Shown: positions 1 through 10,653, counted from the stretch's first letter. The stretch is DNA of 64,000 nt from Myxococcales bacterium (GCA_050118535.1 JASFKR010000004.1:2028-66027); one strand, 5' to 3'. The notes: generated from the letters alone by a model not told the origin. Translations and numbers: made by a program.

Positions 1-501
1 GCGGCGGCCCTGCGCCGGGGCAGCTCCCTGCCCGCATGGAAGCAGCTGGCGAGCATGCGTGCACCCGGCGCCGACCCCGGTGCGCGGGCGCCGACGCCAT
101 CCATGGCGCCGCCCCCCGTCGAAACCCTGGACCCGGCCGGCAAGCTCAGCCGTGCCGAGCAGCTGGCGGAGCGCAAGAACTACTTCGAGGCCATGCGCAT
201 CATCGATGGCCTCATCCGCGAGGACGACACCATCGCGGACTATCACGTGTCCAAGGCCGGGGTGCTGCTCAAGCAGTTCGCAGGCCAGGGTTCCTTCCGA
301 AAGTTGCACGGGGTGCTCGACGAGGCCCTCCGCCTCGACAGCGGCCACGTTCGCGGCCTTTACTTGCGTGGGCTGGCCTACAAGCTCGAGGGGCGCGAGG
401 CCGAAGCGATCAGCTACTTTCGCCGGGCGCTGGCCGAGGATCCGGATCATCTCGAGGCGCGCCGGGAAATGCGCCTCGCCCGGATGCGGCGCCGGAAGTG
501 A
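1..501 (+). CDS. TPR-repeat protein, C-terminal part (5' truncated by window)
   Basis: Frame open from base 1 to TGA at 499-501. Pro-rich linker followed by TPR-like helices (ALRLDSGHVRGLYLRGLAY; AISYFRRALAEDPDHLEA). Confidence 0.7.
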   Translation, partial: AAALRRGSSLPAWKQLASMRAPGADPGARAPTPSMAPPPVETLDPAGKLSRAEQLAERKNYFEAMRIIDGLIREDDTIADYHVSKAGVLLKQFAGQGSFRKLHGVLDEALRLDSGHVRGLYLRGLAYKLEGREAEAISYFRRALAEDPDHLEARREMRLARMRRRK

Positions 502-596
502 GCGCGCCCGGTCGATGCTGCGGGAGTGTCTCGGCGGCGTCACGAGTGTCGGGATGCCCTCGCGGCTGGTGAGCAGCGCGGTTACACTCCCGCGCC

Positions 597-2390
597 ATGC
601 GTATCACCATCTCGCTTCTCATCCTGGGAGCGCTCGCATGCAGTCCGGCGAGCTAGAACACCGAACCGGCGTCGCAGTCGACGACGGGTGGTGAGGCCGT
701 CGAGCCCGCCGGCCCCGACGTGGTTGGCGAGGAGGTCACCTACGAGGGTGGCGGCGTCACGTTGAAGGGCTACCTGGCCTACGATCGTGCCCGCGAGGGC
801 ACGCGACCGGGTGTAATCGTCGTGCACGAGTGGTGGGGCCACAACGAATACGTGCGCCAGCGCGCCCGAATGCTCGCGGAGCTCGGCTATACGGCCCTCG
901 CGATCGACATGTACGGCGATGGCAGGAACACGCAGCACCCGGCGGATGCAAAGAAGTTCATGGAGGCTGCCATGCAGGATCCGGCAGCCGCAAAGGCGCG
1001 CTTCCAGGCGGGCATGGCCCTGCTGCAAGCTCACCCGACCACGGACCCGGAGCGGACCGCGGCCATCGGCTACTGCTTCGGGGGGGCGGTCGTGCTGAGC
1101 ATGGCCCGCGCCGGCGTTGACCTCGACGCGGTGGCCAGCTTCCACGGCGCGCTCGGGACCCAGGCGCCCGCCGAGCCCGGTGCGGTCTCGGCCGAGATCC
1201 TGGTGATGACCGGCGCGGCCGATCCCATGGTGCCGCCGGAGGCGGTGGCGGCCTTCGAGAAGGAGATGAAGGAGGCGGGCGCCGATTACGAGGTCGTGAG
1301 CTATCCCGGTGCGGTCCACGCTTTCACCAACCCTGGCGCGACCGAACTCGGAAAGGCCCACGGGCTTCCGCTGGCCTACGACGAGTCGGCCGACGAGGAC
1401 AGCTGGAGCCGGATGAAGGCGCTGTTTGCCGCCGTGTTCGGGAGACCGGAGCCCACGGCCGACGAAAAGCGGAAGGCGGCGGTGGCCCGAAAGAATCGCG
1501 CGGACATCGCGCGAATGGAGGCCGATGCGGCACACGAGGCTGCGCGCTTCACGGGCGAGCTGCACGCGCAGGCCAAGGCGCTCGCTGAGACCGCCTTCGC
1601 CAACACCCGCCGCGCGTTGAAGAAGATCCTCGCCAGCCCCCACCGCATGCCCGGCAACCCGGAGCGGGACGTCTACCGGCATCCGGTGCAGACGCTGGCC
1701 TTCTTCGGCGTCGAGCCCGACATGACGGTCTTCGAGTACGGTCCGGGCGCGGGCTGGTACACCGAATTGCTCGCGCCCCTGCTCGCCAAGCGCGGCAAGC
1801 TGATCGTGAATAACGGCGATCCGGAGGGACCACGCGACTCACGCGGCACGTACTACGCCAGGCGTTTCCAGCTCTTCCTCGACAAGGCGCCCGAGCTCTA
1901 CGGCAAGGTGCAGGTCGTGCGCACCGACGATCCTTCCAAGCCCGACCTGGGAATGGACGGCGACCTGGACATGGCGCTCGTGATTCGCGGCTATCACGGG
2001 CTGAAGTCGCGCGGCGTCACGGCGGCGTGGCTGGCGGAAATCCATGAGGCGCTCAAACCCGGGGGTGTCCTGGGCATCGTCCAGCACCGCGCAGCCGAGG
2101 GCACCGATCCGAAGGCGGCGGCCTCGAAGGGGCGCATGCCCGAAAAGGCCCTGATCGCGGAAGTCGAGGCGGCTGGCTTCAAGCTGGTGGCCAAGTCGAA
2201 CGTCAACGCGAACCCCAAGGACACGCGCGATCACCCGTCCGGCGTGTGGACCCTGCCGCCCACCCTGCGGCTGGGAGAGAAGGACCGCGACAAGTATCTC
2301 GCCATCGGTGAGAGCGACCGCATGACGCTCAAGTTCGTCAAGGTGGCCGGGCCGAAGGCGGAGGAGAAGGCTGCCGCCTCAGGCCAGTAG
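597..2390 (+). CDS. Dienelactone hydrolase fused to a class I SAM-dependent methyltransferase-like domain; lipoprotein signal interrupted by in-frame TAG at 654-656 (uninterrupted ORF 720-2390)
   Basis: DLH motifs HEWWG, GYCFGG, GAADP, HAFTNP. Methyltransferase motifs RHPVQTLAFFG, EYGPGAGWYT, WTLPP, GESDRMTLKF. ATG597 is in frame and encodes MRITISLLILGALAC. Confidence 0.85.
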
Positions 2391-3611
2391 CCAGGCCAGC
2401 GCGGCGAACAGGCCGAGCAGACCCACCGTCGCCGTGATCAGCCCCGCGCGGTAGCTCTCCGTGTCGTGGGCGTCCGGGGCTGCCAGGGCCACGGCGAGGG
2501 CGCGGTCGGCATCGGCGAGCTCGCGGAAGCGATCGAGTGTGCTCTGCGCGTCTTCGAGGGCGACCAGCTGCTTTTCGAAGGCGCGCGCGGACAGGTCGAC
2601 CAGCACGTCGTCGAGCGCGCCGCGGGCCTGATCCACCGAGGCCTCGTACTCCCGCTGTCTGAGTCGTTGCTCCTCGAGGAGGGCGTCGTGCGCTGCCTGG
2701 CGCTCGCGCACGCTCGCCAGCGCCCGGTCGAGCTCGGTCTGTGCATCGGACAGGGCTGCGCGAGCCCGCTCGTCGGCCTCCTGCGCCACCCCGGCCTGCT
2801 CGATTCGTTTCGACCGTTCGCTCTCCACCACGGACCGACGGGCCGGGTCGGAGCGTTCGGCGTTCTCGAGAGCTCGCAGCTCGATCTCGGAGCGCTTGAC
2901 CATGGCGCGCGCGCGTTCGAGCTCGGTCGCCGCCTTCGTGGCCTTTCGCTCGGCGGCCTCGCGGCCCTTCAACAGCGGCTCCACCTCGCGTTCGGCGGTC
3001 GCGATGGCCTGCTCGTGGTGTTCGAGCTGCACCTGCTCCTGCTCCTGCACCACATCGTGCACGTCGATCCGATCCTGGGCGGTGCCCTGCGCCTGCTCGG
3101 CGCGTTCGCAGAGATCCCGAAGCCCGTCGAGCGCCGAGTCCTCGCCTGCACGCCGTCGCAGTCGTTCGCCCAGCGTCACGAGCGCCTCTAGCGCCTTCTC
3201 CCGGGCCTGCTCGCGCGCATCCTGCGCAGGCGCCACCTCGCGCTGCAGCTCCCTGCGGCGCCTCCAAACGGCGGCCGCGTAGAGCGGCGACAGCAGCACC
3301 CGGTCTGGGGCCACCCCGAACCCCGCGTGGCTCTCGACTTCGTCGCGCGTAGGCTCGGCGCCTTCGACCCCGTCCCCTGGGTTGCGGGCGGCGGCCACGA
3401 GGGCGCGCAGCTCCGCGGGTTTGAATCCGTAGTCGACGCGGGGACCCATCGCCCATGGCAGCGCAGCCATGGCGGCGGAGTGGGCACCACTGCCGGGCAG
3501 CAGAGCGCCACCTGTCCCTGGTGGCGTGAGTTCGGGCAGGCCCGTCGCTCGAGGCGGGCAGCTCCCCGAATGGCTGCCGTGACATCGCGGGCAGGGCGGC
3601 GCGGACCCCAT
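2379..3611 (-). CDS. Coiled-coil protein with N-terminal Cys/His cluster and C-terminal transmembrane anchor, unknown function
   Basis: CPRCHGSHSGSC at the N-terminus, long E/R/A/Q-rich helical region, hydrophobic C-terminus. TAGCAT lies 6 nt before the ATG. Confidence 0.7.
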   Translation of the reverse strand: MGSAPPCPRCHGSHSGSCPPRATGLPELTPPGTGGALLPGSGAHSAAMAALPWAMGPRVDYGFKPAELRALVAAARNPGDGVEGAEPTRDEVESHAGFGVAPDRVLLSPLYAAAVWRRRRELQREVAPAQDAREQAREKALEALVTLGERLRRRAGEDSALDGLRDLCERAEQAQGTAQDRIDVHDVVQEQEQVQLEHHEQAIATAEREVEPLLKGREAAERKATKAATELERARAMVKRSEIELRALENAERSDPARRSVVESERSKRIEQAGVAQEADERARAALSDAQTELDRALASVRERQAAHDALLEEQRLRQREYEASVDQARGALDDVLVDLSARAFEKQLVALEDAQSTLDRFRELADADRALAVALAAPDAHDTESYRAGLITATVGLLGLFAALAWLLA

Positions 3612-3673
3612 CTCTCGATGCTACCGTGCGGGCGTCGTGACCGCGACGGGTGAGCGGACGCCCACCTTGCCGC

Positions 3674-4207
3674 TCACTCCTGCACGTCGGCGCACTCGGC
3701 GCGCGCTTTGTCGTGGGCGGCTACGGCCTTCTGCAAGAGCGCCTTGCGCTCGAAGTCATCCTCCACCGCCGGCAGCGGCGCAGTCGGCGTGTCGAGGACG
3801 GAGAGGGCGGCGCGTGCCGCCTGCAAGCGGCGCTTCATCTCGTCGCGGCGAAGGGAGGCGGCGCTGAGGTCACCGCGCACCCTCGCGCAGGCGTCGTCGT
3901 CGGCGCAGATGGCGTCCTGCGCTGCGGTGAAGGCGCGCCACCATGCGCTGCTTCCGGGACCGTGCAGCGAGTCGGCCTTCTTGCGAGCCCGCTTTTCGAG
4001 GCGCGGCTGCCACTCTTCCTTCAGCGACTTCTCCGCGGCGGCGACCGCTGCACCCGCCTTCGCCTGCTCCTGCTCGAGTGCATCCACGTAGGCATGCCAC
4101 CGATCCTGGGAGAGCTTCACGGCAGCATCGCAGCGCTCCCGCGGCGACTGACAGCCGCAGAGGGCGCACGCGGCGATCGTCAGCGCGAGAATGTATGGGA
4201 GGCGCAC
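3674..4207 (-). CDS. Hypothetical helical lipoprotein
   Basis: Signal peptide MRLPYILALTIAACALCGC with lipobox-like Cys. Confidence 0.7.
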   Translation of the reverse strand: MRLPYILALTIAACALCGCQSPRERCDAAVKLSQDRWHAYVDALEQEQAKAGAAVAAAEKSLKEEWQPRLEKRARKKADSLHGPGSSAWWRAFTAAQDAICADDDACARVRGDLSAASLRRDEMKRRLQAARAALSVLDTPTAPLPAVEDDFERKALLQKAVAAHDKARAECADVQE

Positions 4208-4241
4208 CCAGCGATTGTGCCACAGATCCCGCGCTGTCGAA

Positions 4242-6011
4242 TCAGTACAGCGACTGCAGCCGCGCCTCGTACTTCTTCAGCACGGTGCGGCGCCGGATCT
4301 TGAGGGTGGGCGTGAGCATGCCGTTCTCTCGCGTGAAAGGCTCGGAGACGAGCCAGAAATTGCGGACCAGTTCGTAGGTGCGAAAGTCGCGGCTGTATTT
4401 CATGATCTCGCTCTCGATCAGGCGCCGCGTTTCGGGCTCGGACAGGAGCTGTTCCGCGGGCACGTCGTAGCGGCCGAAATAGCTCTCGAGCGAGGGCAGG
4501 TCGGCCACGATCAGTGCCACGTTGTAGGGCTGCCCGACGCCGTAGATCATGCAGTGGGAGATGAAGGGGCTGAGCTTGAGCTTTTCCTCGAGCGGCGCTG
4601 GGGCGACGTAGCGGCCGCTGTTGAGCTTGTAGAGCTCCTTGACGCGCCCCGTGATCCACACGTAGCCGTCCTCGTCGATGCGCCCCAGGTCGCCGGTCCG
4701 CAGACCGCCGTCTGCAGTGAGCGCCGTCCGCGTGCCGGCCTCGTTGTTGTGGTAGCCGTCCATCACGCCGGGACCATGGATGATCAGCTCGCCTTCGCCC
4801 TGCTCTGCCTCTTCGATGTCGGGGTCGAGCTCGATGCGCGTGCCGGGCAGGGGCTTGCCCACGGAGCCGAAGCGAGGGGAGTCGGTGGGGTTCGTGCTCG
4901 TCGAGCCGCTGGACTCGGTCAGTCCGTAGCCTTCGTAGATCGTCAGTCCGATGTTGTGCATGAACTCGGCGACCTCGCGTGCCAGAGGGGCGGCGCCGGA
5001 GAAGGCGAAGCGCATCTGCGCGCCCAGCCGGGCCTTGACCTTGGAGATGACCAGGCGCTGGGCGATGTTGAGGTACATCCGTTCGGTGAGCTTGAGCGCG
5101 TCGCCCGAGCGTTTGCGCTGCATCAGGTACATGCCGTCGTCGAACATGTGACGGCTCATCTCGGGCTCGTCCGCGAGCGCCTTCTGGATGTCGTAGTAGA
5201 GCTGGTTCCAGATGCGCGGTACGGCCCAGATCATGGTGGGCTGCACGTGAGGCATCTCGTTGAAGAGCGTGTCGGGGCTCTCGCAGATGGCCACCGCGCC
5301 CCCGAGGAGCATCATGACGTTGAGCTCCACGTGCCCGCCGAAGACGTGGGCCCACGGCAGGAAGGACATGGAGCGCGGATCGGGCCCGTATTCGCGCAGG
5401 CTGCACAGGGCATGCGCGTTGGCCGCCAGGTTGTGGTGCGTCAGACGTACGCCCTTGGGCTCGCCCGTGGTCCCGGAGGTGTAAATGATGGAGGCCACGT
5501 CGCCGGGTCGGGGGGCGCGTGCCTTGATGTCGCGATCGGCACTGCGAGCGCAGAGCGCCGCGAAGCTGCCCGGGTCGCGCTCGGTGCCGTCCAGGTTGAC
5601 GATGTGCTGCAGGTCGAGCAGGTCCTCGCGCAGCGCGTTGACACGCGCAGTCACCGCGGCGCTGCCCGTCAAACACAGCTTGGCTCCGGAATCGGCGAGG
5701 ATGTAGGCCCACTCGGATTCGAGCTGGGCCTCGGCCATGGGGACGAAGATGGCTCGGCGCTGGTAGGTGGCGTGGGCGGCGATGACCCACTCGAGCCGGT
5801 TTTCGCAGATGATGGCAACGCGATCGCCGCGACCAACGCCCAGCGAGGCCAGCGCCGCGCGGCAGACGGCGACGCGTTCGGCCAGCTCCTGGTAGCTGAT
5901 CCACTTCCAGCGGCCACCGCGCAGCGAGCCGTAGGCCGGCCGTGTTGCGTGGGCGTCGACGGCGCGGGCGAGGAGCTCGGTCAGAGTGTCGGATGGCGAG
6001 TCGGTGCTCAT
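4242..6011 (-). CDS. fadD: Long-chain fatty acid--CoA ligase (AMP-dependent synthetase)
   Basis: IIYTSGTTGEPKG, SFLPWAHVFG, EGYGLTE, RTGDLG, ITGRVKEL, LTPTLKIRR. Confidence 0.92.
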   Translation of the reverse strand: MSTDSPSDTLTELLARAVDAHATRPAYGSLRGGRWKWISYQELAERVAVCRAALASLGVGRGDRVAIICENRLEWVIAAHATYQRRAIFVPMAEAQLESEWAYILADSGAKLCLTGSAAVTARVNALREDLLDLQHIVNLDGTERDPGSFAALCARSADRDIKARAPRPGDVASIIYTSGTTGEPKGVRLTHHNLAANAHALCSLREYGPDPRSMSFLPWAHVFGGHVELNVMMLLGGAVAICESPDTLFNEMPHVQPTMIWAVPRIWNQLYYDIQKALADEPEMSRHMFDDGMYLMQRKRSGDALKLTERMYLNIAQRLVISKVKARLGAQMRFAFSGAAPLAREVAEFMHNIGLTIYEGYGLTESSGSTSTNPTDSPRFGSVGKPLPGTRIELDPDIEEAEQGEGELIIHGPGVMDGYHNNEAGTRTALTADGGLRTGDLGRIDEDGYVWITGRVKELYKLNSGRYVAPAPLEEKLKLSPFISHCMIYGVGQPYNVALIVADLPSLESYFGRYDVPAEQLLSEPETRRLIESEIMKYSRDFRTYELVRNFWLVSEPFTRENGMLTPTLKIRRRTVLKKYEARLQSLY

Positions 6012-6510
6012 GAGCCCGAATCATTCATGAGGGCGCGCGATGATCGCGCAACGGGTCGGCTTCAAAGGGCTTGCGGCGATGGAGCGAATACCGGGGTGTA
6101 TTTGCGACGGAGACGGAAGCGCCGTGGAGTCGAGGACGTGTTCGAGGGCGAGCGGATTCATGCATGAACCGGGCTGGGCCGCGAGCAGCGTCGAGGCCGC
6201 TTGCCCGGACCGTCAGCCCCCCCTCGGGGTGGCCAAGACTAGTGGCGGGCGACCCGGACGCAACCGTTTTCGGGTAGGTCGGTGCGCTGTCCCGCAATTG
6301 GGCCCATAGGGGCCGGCGCGCAAGCCTTCTGTGCCGCTCAATTTGCCGATGTAGCCGCGCCGAAACCCGGCGGAAAATTCCTGCCCACCTCGGGGCACAC
6401 GGGGCACGCGATCTTCCCGCGCGCGCCGTTGCGCTTCCCCAAAAGCTCGATAGTGTGCGCGGGCGTTGCCCCGGGTGGGTGATTCCGGGGTGTCGGAAGG
6501 AGAAGCGACG

Positions 6511-7695
6511 ATGAGAGAAGCCGTGATCGTGTCCACCGCCCGCACGCCCATCGGGAAGGCCTACCGCGGGGCTTTCAACAACACCGACGCGCCCACCATG
6601 GGAGGGCACGCGGTCCGGACCGCCGTCGAGCGCGCCGGCATCGAGCCCGGTGAGGTGGAGGACGTGATCATGGGCGCTGCCATGCAGGAGGGCAGCACCC
6701 GCTTCAACGTCGCGCGGCAGTGCGTCATCACGGCTGGCCTGCCGGCTTCCGTGGCGGGCATGTCGGTGGACCGCCAGTGCTCGTCGGGGCTGATGGCCAT
6801 CGCGACCGCGGCCAAGACGGTGGTCTGCGACAGCGTGGACATCATGGTGGGAGGCGGTCTCGAGTCCATCTCCCTCGTGCAGAACGAACACCAGAACAAG
6901 TTCCGGGCGCAGGACCAGAAGGTGCTCGACACCAAGCCAGAGCTCTATCTGCCGATGATCGACACGGCCGAGGTGGTGGCGCAGCGCTACGGCATCGGAC
7001 GCGAGGCCCAGGACGAGTACTCACTCGAGAGTCAGAAGCGCACGGCCGCAGCGCAAGAGGCGGGCAAGTTCGACGACGAGCTCGCGCCGATGAAGACCAT
7101 CAAGGTCGTCGTCAACAAGGAAACGGGTGAAAAAAGCGAGCAGGAGGTGCTGCTCGAGAAGGACGAGGGCAACCGCCCGTCCACGACCCTGGAGGGGCTC
7201 GCGGGGCTCAAGCCGGTGCGCGGTGAGGACAAGACCGTGACCGCGGGCAACGCCAGCCAGCTCTCCGACGGCGCCTCGGCGTGCGTGGTGATGGAGGCCA
7301 CGGCGGCGGAGAAGCGTGGCCTTTCGCCCCTGGGCATCTACCGGGGGCTGGCCGTGGCGGGCTGCGAACCCGACGAGATGGGGATCGGTCCGGTTTTCGC
7401 GATCCCGAAGCTGCTGCAGCGCACCGGGCTGAAGATGGACGACATCGGCCTGTGGGAGCTCAACGAGGCGTTCGCGGTGCAGGTCATCTACTGCCGCGAC
7501 AAGCTCGGCATTCCGCAGGAGAACCTGAACGTCGACGGCGGCGCCATCTCCATCGGCCACCCCTATGGCATGAGCGGGGCGCGGATGGTCGGGCACGCCC
7601 TGATCGAGGGCAAGCGCCGCGGCGCCAAGTACGTGGTCGTGACCATGTGCATCGGTGGCGGCCAGGGCGCCGCGGGTCTCTTCGAGGTCTGCTGA
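6511..7695 (+). CDS. Acetyl-CoA C-acyltransferase (thiolase)
   Basis: RTPIGK, catalytic [37 protein letters not shown]-like GGAAGGAG upstream of ATG6511. Confidence 0.95.
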   Translation: MREAVIVSTARTPIGKAYRGAFNNTDAPTMGGHAVRTAVERAGIEPGEVEDVIMGAAMQEGSTRFNVARQCVITAGLPASVAGMSVDRQCSSGLMAIATAAKTVVCDSVDIMVGGGLESISLVQNEHQNKFRAQDQKVLDTKPELYLPMIDTAEVVAQRYGIGREAQDEYSLESQKRTAAAQEAGKFDDELAPMKTIKVVVNKETGEKSEQEVLLEKDEGNRPSTTLEGLAGLKPVRGEDKTVTAGNASQLSDGASACVVMEATAAEKRGLSPLGIYRGLAVAGCEPDEMGIGPVFAIPKLLQRTGLKMDDIGLWELNEAFAVQVIYCRDKLGIPQENLNVDGGAISIGHPYGMSGARMVGHALIEGKRRGAKYVVVTMCIGGGQGAAGLFEVC

Positions 7696-7759
7696 GAGGG
7701 GGGAGGGCAGGGCGCGGCTCGGGCCGCGTCGCTGCCGCTCACCTCGACGGAGGTGCGGC

Positions 7760-8806
7760 GTGACGGACGCCGAGTTCAGCGCTGACGACAGCGCGCTGCC
7801 CATCGATGAGGCGGCGCTGGCCCGCTACCTGAAAGGCCGCCTGTTCGGATTCGAGGGTGAGCTTCAGGTGCGCCAGTTCGCCGGCGGGCAGAGTAACCCC
7901 ACCTACTTGCTGCAGAGCGGCGAACGCAGCTGGGTGCTGCGCAAGAAACCGCCGGGCGAGCTGCTGCCCAAGGCGCACATGGTGGAGCGGGAATACCGCA
8001 TCTTCACCGCGCTGGCCGACACCGACGTGCCCGTGCCTCGTACGGAGCTGCTATGCGAGGACCGTTCGATTCTCGGCACCGAGTTCTTCGTCATGCAATA
8101 TCTGCAGGGCCGCATTTTCTGGGATCCGACGCTGCCCGAGTGCCGCCCCGCGGACCGGCCGGGTATCTACGACGAGATGAACCGCGTGCTGGCTGCTCTG
8201 CACGGCGTCGATTACGGCGCCGTGGGCCTTGGTGACTTCGGTCGGCCCGGCAACTACTTCGCGAGGCAGATCGGGCGGTGGAGTAAGCAATACGAAGCCT
8301 CGGCGACCGGTGAGCTGTCGTCCATGGATCGGCTCATGCAGTGGCTCCCGCAAAACATCCCCGCCGACGACTCGAGCTGCATCGTTCACGGCGACTTCCG
8401 CCTGGACAACATGATCTTCCACCCGACGGAGCCGCGGGTGCTCGCCGTGCTCGACTGGGAGCTGTCCACGCTGGGCCACCCGCTGGCGGACCTGGCATAC
8501 AACTGCATGCCATATCACGTGCCCTCGCGTGGGGCGCCGGCGTTGTCGGAGGTGGCGGGCGGAGACAGCGGGATCCCGCTGGAGGCCGAGTACGTGGCGC
8601 GCTATTGCGAGCGCACGGGGCGCACGGGCATCGACGATTTCCGCTTCTATCTCGTGTTCTCCATCTTTCGCTACGCCGCCATCGTGCAAGGAGTCTACGC
8701 ACGCGGGTTGCGTGGCAACGCGAGCAGCGCGGAGGGGGCCCGCGAGATGCGCGCGCGGGCCGTGCAGTCGGCGGACATCGCCTGGAACCTCGTGCAGCAG
8801 GGCTGA
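7760..8806 (+). CDS. Phosphotransferase (APH/ACAD10-11 N-terminal-like kinase)
   Basis: GGQSNPTY, VLRKKPPG, HGDFRLDN, LDWELSTLGHPLADLAY. GGAGG upstream of GTG7760. Confidence 0.92.
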   Translation: MTDAEFSADDSALPIDEAALARYLKGRLFGFEGELQVRQFAGGQSNPTYLLQSGERSWVLRKKPPGELLPKAHMVEREYRIFTALADTDVPVPRTELLCEDRSILGTEFFVMQYLQGRIFWDPTLPECRPADRPGIYDEMNRVLAALHGVDYGAVGLGDFGRPGNYFARQIGRWSKQYEASATGELSSMDRLMQWLPQNIPADDSSCIVHGDFRLDNMIFHPTEPRVLAVLDWELSTLGHPLADLAYNCMPYHVPSRGAPALSEVAGGDSGIPLEAEYVARYCERTGRTGIDDFRFYLVFSIFRYAAIVQGVYARGLRGNASSAEGAREMRARAVQSADIAWNLVQQG

Positions 8807-8822
8807 CGCCCGCGCGCGGAGG

Positions 8823-9950
8823 TCACGGCCCGGCAAGTTTCCGAAGCGCCGGCGTGAGCAAGATCAAGACCAGCGCCGTCAGCGCGGCAGCGGGGCCCCA
8901 GGGCGTTCGCCGGTCGTCGCCGCGTGCCGCGGCCGCGAGCGCTCTTTCGTAGGGCCCGGCGCCGGCCTCCCGGTCGAAGCCCAGGAGACGTTGCGAGCCG
9001 ATCCAGACCGTGGGCAGCCCTTCAAAGTCGGCTTCACGGATCCGGCGCATGTCCTCATCGACCCGCGCGTCGGTTGCAGCGTCGGAGATGCACCCGGCAA
9101 ACCGCCCGGTGTCGAGCTGCAGCTCCGCCGCCATCGCCACGGTACTCGCGGCGGAAAGGTCCCGGGCTTCGAAGAGCGCGTCCGCCATGGCCTCGCCGCG
9201 CCCTTGTTCGAGGGCGCAGAGGTAGGCGCGAGCCGCGTCGCGGGCGTGGGTATGGTGGGGCAGCGGGTAGCTCTTGCGCACGAAGTGCACGCGACCCCCG
9301 TAGGGCCGCATGGCGCGAGTGAGCGCGGGATGGAGCGCGCGGCAGTACGGGCACTGGAAGTCGCTGAGCTCGATCACGTTGATCTTGCCCGGCTTGCCCA
9401 GCCCACGAATGTAGGGGGGGACCTCGGTCGTCGCGGACAGCGCCCAGACGAGCGGCGCGCCCACGGCCACCGCGGCGGCTGCGCGCACCACTGCCGCGGC
9501 CCGGGGAGAGGGAGGGACGTCGTGGCCCTGCCCGCGCGCTCGCAGGGACGGGAACGCCGCGAGCGCCGCCATCACGGCGGCCACGTCGACGCCGACGCAC
9601 AGGCTGCAGAAGGCGCCCACCGAGAGCAGCTGCAGAGCGAGCAGGGCGAGTCCCGCCACGCCCCCCGCCGCCGCCGCTGCCAGCCCCATCAACCGGATCG
9701 AGGCTCGCCTCGAGGTGGATGCCAGCAGCACGAACGCGAACCCCAGCATTCCCACGAGCGGCAGCGCCTGACCCAGGCTCCGGCCGATGTCGGAGTGCCG
9801 CACGGCGTCGCAGCCCGACCCGCTGGCGCAAAACGGGTGACTTTGGCCGTAGTAGTCGACCGCCGCAGCCGAGGAGAAGGCCAGGGCCGCGATGGCGGCG
9901 ACGCGGAGCAGCAAGGTGGACACGTTTCGGCCGCGCGTGTGCGCCGTCAC
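8823..9950 (-). CDS. VKOR (vitamin K epoxide reductase) - DsbA/thioredoxin fusion
   Basis: VKOR Cys pairs FCASGSGCDAV and FCSLC with TM helices, then DsbA-like SDFQCPYC and GLPT. Confidence 0.88.
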   Translation of the reverse strand: MTAHTRGRNVSTLLLRVAAIAALAFSSAAAVDYYGQSHPFCASGSGCDAVRHSDIGRSLGQALPLVGMLGFAFVLLASTSRRASIRLMGLAAAAAGGVAGLALLALQLLSVGAFCSLCVGVDVAAVMAALAAFPSLRARGQGHDVPPSPRAAAVVRAAAAVAVGAPLVWALSATTEVPPYIRGLGKPGKINVIELSDFQCPYCRALHPALTRAMRPYGGRVHFVRKSYPLPHHTHARDAARAYLCALEQGRGEAMADALFEARDLSAASTVAMAAELQLDTGRFAGCISDAATDARVDEDMRRIREADFEGLPTVWIGSQRLLGFDREAGAGPYERALAAAARGDDRRTPWGPAAALTALVLILLTPALRKLAGP

Positions 9951-10489
9951 TCGTCGGTGCTCGACTCGTCGTCGAACGAGGCGACCGAGAGATCCACCAT
10001 CAGGTCGTCGGCCATGTCCTCGAGGGCCTCCCGCAGCTCCTCGGGGGTCATTGCGGCGGGCAGGCCCAGCACTGCCGTCGCGTGGAACAGCTGGCCTCCA
10101 CCCATGGGCGCGTCCTGGCAGCTCGTGTGCAGCTCCTCCACGTTGACCTCGCGAGTGGCCAGGGCGTGGGAGAGGTCACGGACGATGCCTTCCCGGTCAT
10201 TGCCCACCAGTTCGAGCCGCAGCCGCCTCGGGCCGCCAGGGGACACGCGCTCGGAGCTTTCCGCCACGATGCGCAGTCCGCTCCGCCCCAACTCGCCCAG
10301 GGCGGACTCGAGCGCCTCCACCGCGTCCGTCGGCACGCTGACGCGCAGCAGGCCGGCGAACTTGCCGGCCAGGTGCGCCATTCGGCTCTCCTCCCAATTG
10401 CCGCCGTGGGCAGCGACGGTCTCCGCGATCGCCTCCACGAGTCCGGGGCGATCGTCTCCGATCAGGGTGACCACCAGGTTGGATCGCAT
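9947..10489 (-). CDS. gcvR: GcvR-like tandem ACT-domain protein
   Basis: LVVTLIGDDRPGLV, NWEESRMAHLAGKFAG, LVGNDREGIV. SD GGAGGAG upstream of ATG. Confidence 0.85.
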   Translation of the reverse strand: MRSNLVVTLIGDDRPGLVEAIAETVAAHGGNWEESRMAHLAGKFAGLLRVSVPTDAVEALESALGELGRSGLRIVAESSERVSPGGPRRLRLELVGNDREGIVRDLSHALATREVNVEELHTSCQDAPMGGGQLFHATAVLGLPAAMTPEELREALEDMADDLMVDLSVASFDDESSTDE

Positions 10490-10653
10490 TCGGCTCCTCC
10501 GGAGCGCATCTTTCCACGGGGCGCCATGACGGCCAAGTCGGCGAGCACATCCTGCGCGTTGTCGGCACATCCGCTCGCGCTCACTTCACCGTCCCACCTC
10601 TCGTGACCTCCGGGTCAAGAATGATTCGCTGAGGCTCCCGGCTCCGTGGTAAA

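Noticed and set aside
654..656. Pyrrolysine or genome-wide TAG recoding
   Set aside because: TAG terminates several genes in the window and no pyl genes are visible; kept only as a local anomaly.
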